From: a virus
Reading direction: 5' to 3' (one strand)
Virus record (IMG/VR): IMGVR_UViG_3300046314_000658
DNA: 64,000 nt
The notes beneath the pieces are model-generated. The model ran no database searches. It worked only from the letters and a program-made list of their open reading frames with translations, and was not told where the DNA came from. The translations under genes were made by a program, and so were the position numbers. Below, one piece after another: positions 55,539 to 64,000 of the stretch (its first letter is position 1; each line of letters opens with the position of its first letter).

Positions 55539-58500
55539 ATGTTTGAAAAGTACGGAACAGATTACGCACATCCAGCACTTCAACTAAACGACCTGCTTCC
55601 GTCTGTTAATCAATCAGAAGCATCAAATAGCATTTTATCTACTTTGTTTCAGCGGTGGTTGACTAAGCCTAATCTAACCACCGTTGCTGGAACCATTGGA
55701 TTCTCACGTACTCCAATTGCTGGACTTATTCAAGAGGCGACACCACATCGTCAAGCCTATCAACTGCATCCGACATTCTACTGCGAGCAAGGTGATCAAA
55801 AACGCGTTACGGACTGGAACGACATTCTTCGCAAACTTGCATTTACGGGTGTCGATCCGCTGAAATATGATCAATGGGGAAGCACAACAGCATTCGATTT
55901 CCGCCCTCCAATTGATTTTGATAAGTTTGTTAACTTCAGTAGTTATTACTGGGTAAATGAGGTCGATACTATCGAGCAGCCAAATTACATTACGATTGCA
56001 CCTAATGCATCTCGTACCAACGACTGGTCGTATGATCCGGCCATCTCCCCAATGGTAGGTGGATGGGTTCACAAGAATGATATTGGGAATCGAATCGCAT
56101 ATGCTAAACAAGCGCAAGTACCAATCATTGAGTTTGATGACATTGAGATGTGTCAATGGTTCAAAGTCGTGCGCGTATGGAAGAAGTTTGATAGAACTAC
56201 TAACACCTACTCTACCACATCTGAGCAACCAATATGGTCTACTGTCGATTATGTTCCAACAACGTTGAGTGTTGCTGACACGATCGATACTGAGTGGGAG
56301 CTACTGAGTGAGACACTTGTACCAGTTGGATCCCCGCCAACCAACCCATTGATGCAGCAGTTGGTGCAATTGAAGTGTCAATACATCAGCACTGATGTTA
56401 TCAACAATACAGCTCGCTTTGAACTTCGTACAGCATTGATTGGTGGTGTTGTACAACAATACTTGCGTGGACAAAATGACATCGTGGTATTTGCTGGAAG
56501 TGACAATGCACAGATAGTGAACTTTACAGAGGTCGAACACCCGTCTAGCAATCAATATGGTACGCAGATTGATATACCGTTAACTGCATTAAGTGGTGTT
56601 AACCACAGTGTATTATATGCATATGTTGGTGCACATAGTGCGCATGAAATTAGTCGCGGATTAGGTAAAAAATTAATAGCACTTGCTGATGGATTTACAT
56701 CGTTCACTCCTATGAGTGGTGCCAAACTAGCATCTGCACAATATCGTAGTTTGTATGAATATAAGTTGTTTAATCAACGAAAGCTATCCAAATACCAACT
56801 CCCGCTATTTAATCTATACACACTCAAACCAACAGGCACGCATGCGGAGCAAACTACAGCTGGTTATATATTGCGCTATAGTCAAGATGCTAGCACTCCT
56901 ATTGATAGTCAATTAGGGCAACGTGTTGCAACGGCGTTGGGTGACGTATCGTTTACACTTGATTTAGTCAACAACGCGGGAGAACTCCTTACATATAAAC
57001 GCAATGATGTGCAAGTTACAGCAGACTGTGATGCGCACTATACTATTTGGAGGGGTCAATTAACTGCTAGTGGTATCGATACGCCTATTGTACACACTCA
57101 TGTGTACGTAGATTCAACTCGCTCTCCTGTTGCAAAAACTGAACCTGGTGGTTGGGAGCCATCGCAACTACTAACATCTAATCCACTACGCGAAACTCGC
57201 TCTCAATTTAAACTTAGTGAAGTAGTTAATCACTTTCAAAGGCTTGTACAAGGGTTACCTGGCACGATTACAATATCTGACGATGGTGGGAATTATCTAG
57301 TTTCATCGTTATTAGCAGATGGCGTGTCTATACCAGCGCTTGTTGAATTTGTCGCTACCGAACTCGCGACATATCGATCGCAATTTGAACAACAAATTAA
57401 GATGCAGTTGTTTAGTGATAGTACTCTTCGTACAACTCCAACTACCCAAATTGCATCTATTGTTTACCAAACTCTGCGTGACCACTCTCGTGTTGAAGGT
57501 GGTTCAAACTCGATATACGATGATACACTATCGTATGATGTTGATACGGATCTGGGATATCCAAGTTTTCCATTAACATTTGGTGTACTTGGGTTGGCAA
57601 ATCTTGTTAACATTACCATAGAAGCAGATCGCAAGCTAAATCATGCAATTCTTACAACACATGATGACACTTCGTATAGCACTACCATCACCCCACGAGA
57701 ATATGCTACTATTGAGGCTGCTTTATCTACCAACATAGTTGTTGGTGCTAATCCAACTCCAACAGATAATTACTGCATTTGGCAAAAAAACACAACTGAA
57801 TCATATCGTTTCGAATGTCATTATTTCTCTACATCTCCACCTGCTACTCCTACAATTAATGCAACGTGGTTTAATCCTACAACTTCAACTGCATCATTGT
57901 GGACGGGATCACAGTGGCGTGGAATTTCTACAAGTGAGTTGTGGATAGCATTCGATGTGGTAGAGGTGTTGCTGACTGTATTGAGTTACCAAGAGCGTGA
58001 TATTGCTGCATTAATCACATCTCGTTCACCGAGCGCACTACCAGCTATACTTGACTTGCATGCAGTTGCTGCGACAGATACTACTCAATACGGAGCATTG
58101 ATCAAACGAGACTTCGAAGACTTTGCATTTCAGTATCAGCAGCGAGATTTAGCAGATCAGGCTGTTAGTCGCTTACTTGCACCACCATCATCCACGAACC
58201 CATTTACGTGGAATTACGGTAGCATCTACCCATCCACACCTTCAGTATATCAGTTGTATCAACATATGTTTGGTACAACCCTCCCACACAAGTACCCTTG
58301 GAAAATGCAAGGCTACATCGATAAACCAGTGTGGTGGGATGTCGAGTATGCAGATACCACCGGTCAACGTCGTTGGTCTTCAGTTATGTGGACCAATATT
58401 GCCACTGGTACCATTCCTTATGGACGACTGCTCGCTAGTGGTGAAGTAGGTGCTAATATACCTGGACAATATTCAAACACTTACACTATTATCCCCGTTA

Positions 58501-61500
58501 ACTGCACTTCTGTGACATACTACGGGTATGCTCCTGATGATTTGCTACCACCGTACCTCAATACTCAAGATCAAACATATGGTAATACACATCCGTTGCT
58601 ACCATATGTACTGATTCCTGCACAAGTGACAGCAGCTTCTCCTGCGGTGCAAAATCCAACAGCAACACTTGGGCAGTATTTGATATTTCCAGTAATATAC
58701 GCATCTGGTAGTTTTATTGAAAATATATGGAAGACATCACCAACTGTTGTTTCACGTCACCTACGGGCTGCGTATTCAACTGACCCCTTACACTTTGCCA
58801 CGAGTGTACTCACTCGTGGATTTAATTCAATAGGAGGATTACGAGTCAACCCGATAACAAACAATGTATCACGCAACAGTGATCCACTACATGGTGAGGG
58901 GGGTGCAACTGACCATTCGCTATTTGCAGCGTTAACGTTCCTATCCCGTCGTTCTAACTTTGCTGCATTGGATGTATCACCCCTCACTACGTGGAAATCG
59001 TGGTCGACTCGATTAACATATCAAACCAATGCATTGATCGTTCCTCAAACACTCAAAATATATCAAGATTGTTATGACCTCACTGAATACTCAATCATTC
59101 TCAAAAAGAGTGAAAACATTCGTCGCATTCCATTCTCCAATATTATAATCACGTTAGCATCGATGGGTGATCCGTTAACATCTATGGATCGTGGTGAAAA
59201 CTGGACTTTTAAAATCGCATGTAGTGAAAACACTCCTACAATCCGTTACCGATACGCACCATTGCAGCAAGATTTTGTGTGGAATTCAACTAACAAGTTT
59301 TTCTCACTTAATGCAACTGAAGTATTTCGATGGGTAGACGGCGAAGCTGTGCAAATCACCAATCCTCCAACGTCTGTAACATCTAATTTATTCTACATTA
59401 GTACCATCAAAGATGCGACTGGTAATGCAGTAAGTAACGCATTTGGATTATACGGATCGGCAGTAGATGCCGTTATGGGCGTAAAAGCTTTAGTTTTCGA
59501 TGATATTTTTACCGGTCCAGTCGAATTCAGAACTGTTAAAGCAACGTTTACAGCGGGTGGTAGAGTATGGGAAACGGTTGAGGTTGATCGTCGCTCCCCT
59601 ATTAAATTTAGTTTTACGGATAATATTACTATCACTGGTGTACAAACACTCATTGACTTTGTGGTTAGCTACACGGAGTATATGCAAGATGATGGTATTG
59701 TGATTAATGCTGGTACCAATCCTGTTCTCGATCCGGATACAGACGCAGCGATATCCTGGCAACAACAAATCACAAAAGCGGTTGATAGGATTTTCGCTTC
59801 GAATGGATTATCAATTAATGATTACAGACCTGTTTTTGTACCAGATGCAGACGGCAAACTCCGTCCACTTACAGCTGATCGCATGTATATTGATACGCCG
59901 TTTGTTGAAATCAACCCTTTCCGCAGTGCTGTGTATTTCAATACTCCTGATGGTGTTATTTGTGATTTCACACGTACTCCATACACAAACGATCCCATGT
60001 CTCGAGCTGCAATATATGACGATACTGCTACCCCGATATCATCAACAGAGTTGATTCCTCTGCGCACGGACCGATTAACCTCTGTGGTATTCAATGATCA
60101 ACAGCCTGCTCGTTCCATAACCATCAGTCAAGATACATCGCGTCGCATTGCCTTTGGTGAAGTATCGCTTGATTTTTATGAGCACGTCATTGTATTTGAT
60201 CAACAAACATCCAATGGTCTGACAATTTTCGATCGTTTTTTCAATTTACAAAAAACATCACTAAACCTGGAAATGCAGAAGTCGACAGATTTTTACTATC
60301 GTCCTGTAATGGGTGGATTTGCTGTTACTGATGGGGGTACACTACCTAATTTCGAAACGATTGCTGAATATCAGCGTAATGACTACGATGTTACAGAGAG
60401 TAATGAACTCGTTCAGTCGACGGTGGATAGTCGCCAAATGTTAGGTAAAGCACCTCTTTCATACTTCCAAAATATTCCAGTAACATCTAAAACCGAATTC
60501 CAATTCTGGCAACAGATGATTCGTGAAAAGGGTACAAAAGGTGCCATCAATGCATTCACGCGACATCAACTTTATGATGAAGTTAAGTATGATGAATTCT
60601 GGGCATGGAAGCTTGGCACATTTGGTGCTGTAACTCCACGTAAGCAAATCGAAATGGCACTGCAGGTTGGTGACGCTATCCATACAGCAACCTCGTTTTA
60701 CTTCTCCGCCACTACGCCACCAGTTTCATCTTTTGTTGTACAGCAGATTAAACCATTAAATCAGACACGCTGGGTTGATTTTCCTAATTACCTTGATCAA
60801 GTTGGACAAACTGGAGTATTGTTTGCCGATACTCGACAACACGTTATTGCATCGGGTGATGGAACGGGGTATTTTACCAGCCCAGGTGATAACTTTGTTA
60901 ACATTGAATACAACACATCGACTACTATTACTCCCACGTGGGGGATAATCCCTACGGAAGATTACGAAGTGTTGAGCGCTCGCACTATACGGATTATTGG
61001 TGATGGATATGACTTATACAAGCAAAACGGATTCCGATTAACGGGCTTGATGCCTGCTTATGGTCAAATTTCTCCTATTCGAGTTGTCGACATTGACTCG
61101 AAAGTGGTAGTTAAGACAATGCCCGCTTGGGATCCAGCTAACAATATCCATACAACTGCAATTGCACATTTTGATTATTTGGTAGCAACTGACCCAGCAT
61201 CATACAACAGAACCGCTTATAACTCAACTGGTTCAACGTGGGGTGTTCAGCAACTTGGCCAATATATGGTTCGCAGTACTTCATTGGTGTATAAACCATA
61301 CTTCGATATTACAGCCTTCCCATTGTTGGATGATCGCACGCGATACTGGGGTCAACTCGCAGACGGGTACACACCAATCGCCTATCAGTGGGTGGAGTCT
61401 TCTACAATCCCTACAATTCAATCGATTGATGAACCACTCACCAGAAAGGTGAAGCGCAGTCGCGCTGACTCTAAAGTCACTATCGTCGCTAGTACTTCCC

Positions 61501-62900
61501 CAACCACGTTCGTGTGCTCATCTCCGCTGCCATCGCAGTATCGTAACACAACACTGGTTAACTTATACAAACCAAGTGAAATGATATCCAATGCGATGGA
61601 TGCTTTAGTGGGTGTAGAGTATATGATCATGGACATCGATGCGACTCGCACGTCGTTTACGCTACTTGCCAATGGTACTACTTTGGTGGTACCATTAGGC
61701 GCATCTGTTGCTGGGTTATTCATCGTGAGTACGTGGGATGATGTAGTTGTTACAGAAATACTACCACTTTCCCATACGTTTTACGTGCAAGCAGGCGCTG
61801 CAACTAACACGCTTCAACTACCTTGGACTAACATTGTAGGCGACACAACAATTACAACTACTGGTGAGTTGGTGAAGTTTGTTCTACACGACTTAACAAC
61901 TCCAACCGCCGTTGTTAATATTGATGGTGTAGCAGCAGCCTTTAGTGTCACTGCTGCTGGCACTCTAACAGTGTATGATGAATATAATCAACCATTCGAT
62001 TTCAGCAATCGTTCACTATCTGTTGTAACCGTAATGTACTCTGAGTCTGCTGTAGCAGCAACAGGCAGACCAATGACATCATCTTCTGACCTCGAGTATG
62101 TTGATATTGATGTACCATACGTGGAGTACACTCTCAGTGTTGACCAGTTGTCGGTAACCAAGTACTACTATTGGTCAGCATCTCCAACTTCAAACTCGCC
62201 TATCAAGACCGTCTCACTATCAGCAGCTATTGCCGACTTGGTGTATCCTCAATCGAATGCATATATTGCAATTCACGCAGATCGTCAACTACTAACAACT
62301 TGGGGGTTATATGGGATCCATCAACTGACATCTAAAGCACTAGCCATTGACATTGATGTTACAATGCGCGATCGATACATTGCACCATCAGTATCAAAAA
62401 ACACAAATGAGCAGTGGGTACTATTTCGGGAGTATCAAGATGGGTATCCAAATCAACATATTTGGAACTCCATTGTTGCTACTATCACCGGAACTCGTGT
62501 AGTGAATTCAACTTCGACGGTAATTATCCCATCACCAGACCGCGTGTCGTACGACTACTTGTATGATACGACATTGAGCTACGGCACAGGGTTGACTCAA
62601 TCTCTAATCTCACCAATACGCGCTCGTGAACTATTCCTTGAATTTTTCTCAACAACGAATCCGTTAATTGAGTCAACTTGGCACACATTGCTATCCAACA
62701 GTACGTGGTCTACTTTGGTAAATTCACTACGATATGCTGATGCATTAGATTATGTTTATACGTATTTGCCTCCAACCTTATTAAATAGCTTTATATTTGT
62801 AATACTTCGTGAAGGTTTATACAGTGGTTATCATTACGATGGTCTCTTTAAAACTAGCTTCATTGCGTTGCAAACCTCGCAGAAAGTTGTGGTTGGATAA
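55539..62900 (+). CDS. Very large baseplate wedge/structural protein (2453 aa)
   Basis: Follows gp6; FDKFVNFSSYYW, QFWQQMIREKGT, FKTSFI; TAAATA at 55508. Confidence 0.75.
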   Translation: MFEKYGTDYAHPALQLNDLLPSVNQSEASNSILSTLFQRWLTKPNLTTVAGTIGFSRTPIAGLIQEATPHRQAYQLHPTFYCEQGDQKRVTDWNDILRKLAFTGVDPLKYDQWGSTTAFDFRPPIDFDKFVNFSSYYWVNEVDTIEQPNYITIAPNASRTNDWSYDPAISPMVGGWVHKNDIGNRIAYAKQAQVPIIEFDDIEMCQWFKVVRVWKKFDRTTNTYSTTSEQPIWSTVDYVPTTLSVADTIDTEWELLSETLVPVGSPPTNPLMQQLVQLKCQYISTDVINNTARFELRTALIGGVVQQYLRGQNDIVVFAGSDNAQIVNFTEVEHPSSNQYGTQIDIPLTALSGVNHSVLYAYVGAHSAHEISRGLGKKLIALADGFTSFTPMSGAKLASAQYRSLYEYKLFNQRKLSKYQLPLFNLYTLKPTGTHAEQTTAGYILRYSQDASTPIDSQLGQRVATALGDVSFTLDLVNNAGELLTYKRNDVQVTADCDAHYTIWRGQLTASGIDTPIVHTHVYVDSTRSPVAKTEPGGWEPSQLLTSNPLRETRSQFKLSEVVNHFQRLVQGLPGTITISDDGGNYLVSSLLADGVSIPALVEFVATELATYRSQFEQQIKMQLFSDSTLRTTPTTQIASIVYQTLRDHSRVEGGSNSIYDDTLSYDVDTDLGYPSFPLTFGVLGLANLVNITIEADRKLNHAILTTHDDTSYSTTITPREYATIEAALSTNIVVGANPTPTDNYCIWQKNTTESYRFECHYFSTSPPATPTINATWFNPTTSTASLWTGSQWRGISTSELWIAFDVVEVLLTVLSYQERDIAALITSRSPSALPAILDLHAVAATDTTQYGALIKRDFEDFAFQYQQRDLADQAVSRLLAPPSSTNPFTWNYGSIYPSTPSVYQLYQHMFGTTLPHKYPWKMQGYIDKPVWWDVEYADTTGQRRWSSVMWTNIATGTIPYGRLLASGEVGANIPGQYSNTYTIIPVNCTSVTYYGYAPDDLLPPYLNTQDQTYGNTHPLLPYVLIPAQVTAASPAVQNPTATLGQYLIFPVIYASGSFIENIWKTSPTVVSRHLRAAYSTDPLHFATSVLTRGFNSIGGLRVNPITNNVSRNSDPLHGEGGATDHSLFAALTFLSRRSNFAALDVSPLTTWKSWSTRLTYQTNALIVPQTLKIYQDCYDLTEYSIILKKSENIRRIPFSNIIITLASMGDPLTSMDRGENWTFKIACSENTPTIRYRYAPLQQDFVWNSTNKFFSLNATEVFRWVDGEAVQITNPPTSVTSNLFYISTIKDATGNAVSNAFGLYGSAVDAVMGVKALVFDDIFTGPVEFRTVKATFTAGGRVWETVEVDRRSPIKFSFTDNITITGVQTLIDFVVSYTEYMQDDGIVINAGTNPVLDPDTDAAISWQQQITKAVDRIFASNGLSINDYRPVFVPDADGKLRPLTADRMYIDTPFVEINPFRSAVYFNTPDGVICDFTRTPYTNDPMSRAAIYDDTATPISSTELIPLRTDRLTSVVFNDQQPARSITISQDTSRRIAFGEVSLDFYEHVIVFDQQTSNGLTIFDRFFNLQKTSLNLEMQKSTDFYYRPVMGGFAVTDGGTLPNFETIAEYQRNDYDVTESNELVQSTVDSRQMLGKAPLSYFQNIPVTSKTEFQFWQQMIREKGTKGAINAFTRHQLYDEVKYDEFWAWKLGTFGAVTPRKQIEMALQVGDAIHTATSFYFSATTPPVSSFVVQQIKPLNQTRWVDFPNYLDQVGQTGVLFADTRQHVIASGDGTGYFTSPGDNFVNIEYNTSTTITPTWGIIPTEDYEVLSARTIRIIGDGYDLYKQNGFRLTGLMPAYGQISPIRVVDIDSKVVVKTMPAWDPANNIHTTAIAHFDYLVATDPASYNRTAYNSTGSTWGVQQLGQYMVRSTSLVYKPYFDITAFPLLDDRTRYWGQLADGYTPIAYQWVESSTIPTIQSIDEPLTRKVKRSRADSKVTIVASTSPTTFVCSSPLPSQYRNTTLVNLYKPSEMISNAMDALVGVEYMIMDIDATRTSFTLLANGTTLVVPLGASVAGLFIVSTWDDVVVTEILPLSHTFYVQAGAATNTLQLPWTNIVGDTTITTTGELVKFVLHDLTTPTAVVNIDGVAAAFSVTAAGTLTVYDEYNQPFDFSNRSLSVVTVMYSESAVAATGRPMTSSSDLEYVDIDVPYVEYTLSVDQLSVTKYYYWSASPTSNSPIKTVSLSAAIADLVYPQSNAYIAIHADRQLLTTWGLYGIHQLTSKALAIDIDVTMRDRYIAPSVSKNTNEQWVLFREYQDGYPNQHIWNSIVATITGTRVVNSTSTVIIPSPDRVSYDYLYDTTLSYGTGLTQSLISPIRARELFLEFFSTTNPLIESTWHTLLSNSTWSTLVNSLRYADALDYVYTYLPPTLLNSFIFVILREGLYSGYHYDGLFKTSFIALQTSQKVVVG

Positions 62901-63617
62901 ATGAGTTCGTTTCTATTTTCACCCCTGTGTCTTGATCCGTTACAAGGCATATTAGACTTCACTGCAGATGTGAAGCCCTTTCATACTAAGGTCATTCAAG
63001 CAGGCATATCGCTATCATTCTTTGACGCGATGACGGTTGGGGTACGAGAGCAACTGCACAGTGACATCGAACAACTGTTTCATTTGCATCGCGGAAATTG
63101 TAGCATTGAACCACTACCGTGTGTGAGTGATGGATTTGAAAGTGAAGTGTATGATGATGAAATTGGCTTTGAGCCGACTATTCGGTACACTACCGCTGAG
63201 TTTCCAGTTGGCACACCAACTGTGGGAATGTTAAATTTTATAGGATTTAGCGCTAGGGGAAATCCTGTTTTTATTGTTCCCGAGGAGTGTGATATCCCAC
63301 CCCCTGTGTGCCCTGATGGTTTTGAGATGTATGGGTATGACCAAGCTCTATTCGACAGTACGGATCCTGAATGTCTCGATACATGCAACGGGGTGTATGC
63401 GGATTCAAGCTCGACACCTACTGCCCCTAATATAAATCGCTCGCCTACTACACTTGCATCGATGTTTATAGAATCGCTGCTTGTGGAAGATGAGCTAGGC
63501 GTACTACTGGAAGTCTATGGCTCGGAACAATATTCCACTATATACGGATACAATCCCACCACTGGGACGACAGAAGTTGTATATGAATCTAATGGTGAAC
63601 AGGTATATCTTGGATAA
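62901..63617 (+). CDS. Putative structural protein
   Basis: Abuts the previous gene; VKPFHTK and DGFE..YD repeats. Confidence 0.6.
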   Translation: MSSFLFSPLCLDPLQGILDFTADVKPFHTKVIQAGISLSFFDAMTVGVREQLHSDIEQLFHLHRGNCSIEPLPCVSDGFESEVYDDEIGFEPTIRYTTAEFPVGTPTVGMLNFIGFSARGNPVFIVPEECDIPPPVCPDGFEMYGYDQALFDSTDPECLDTCNGVYADSSSTPTAPNINRSPTTLASMFIESLLVEDELGVLLEVYGSEQYSTIYGYNPTTGTTEVVYESNGEQVYLG

Positions 63618-63620
63618 ACT

Positions 63621-64000
63621 ATGATTATTGAAGCATCTATTCAAGACCTTACCGCATCGACCAATAGTATTGATACGACTGCCAGACAACATACAGCCAA
63701 TCAAGTGCAGATGCGGACTGGTTTTCAAACCATCAAGATGGGTGCTGATGTGGTGTTCCAGGGTGAAACCACAACGGGCCACACGCCAAAGCTTCGCATA
63801 ACTGGATTTGAGGTGTCTGAAAAACCAAATGCTGTGGAGGTTGTCACTGCAAGCGGTCCAATAAAAATTGAGCCTCTGTCAAAACAAGCGCAAGCATACG
63901 TTTCGTGTGACTGTGAGGATTTTGTGTTTCGTTTTGCTACCACCGACCAAGCACGTGGAGTGTTGTTTGGGAAGATAACTCATCCATACATCCCCAAGAC
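63621..64000 (+). CDS. Partial protein with SWIM-type Zn finger start
   Basis: Manual translation MIIEASIQDL...VSCDCEDFVFRF; runs off the window. Confidence 0.65.
   Translation, partial: MIIEASIQDLTASTNSIDTTARQHTANQVQMRTGFQTIKMGADVVFQGETTTGHTPKLRITGFEVSEKPNAVEVVTASGPIKIEPLSKQAQAYVSCDCEDFVFRFATTDQARGVLFGKITHPYIPK

Noticed and set aside
1-64000. tRNA or rRNA genes
   Set aside because: None recognised by eye in the intergenic spaces; tRNAscan-SE would be needed to exclude them.

Overview
This 64 kb window is from a large, T4-related contractile-tailed (myovirus) phage genome using the standard genetic code. Replication, recombination and transcription genes include a gp41-like DnaB helicase, gp46/gp47, a gp55-like late sigma factor, an Hjc-like resolvase and rIIA/rIIB. 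Metabolic genes include class Ia RNR and folE/queD. Structural genes include a baseplate/tail cluster (gp25, gp6, a 2453-aa wedge, gp5-, gp53-, gp48- and gp19-like) and PKD/Gly-rich tail appendage proteins. There are four free-standing homing endonucleases. Highlight 1: three genes are fractured by split inteins, each at a catalytic motif. They are an AAA ATPase (atypical split, 20-aa IntN and 146-aa IntC, Thr+1, inside Walker A), NrdA (at the thiyl-radical Cys) and NrdB (inside the second ExxH iron-ligand motif). Two of them have an endonuclease gene between the halves, each preceded by a hairpin with a late promoter in its loop. Highlight 2: a roughly 320-nt, heavily base-paired and pseudoknotted candidate ncRNA at 51.69-52.01 kb. 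Highlight 3: a preQ1-I-like pseudoknot in the queD leader. Highlight 4: putative head-packaged proteins with T4 capsid-targeting-like N-termini, including a modular polyprotein with an Rmf-like unit. All product calls come from motif recognition by eye; no searches or folding programs were run.
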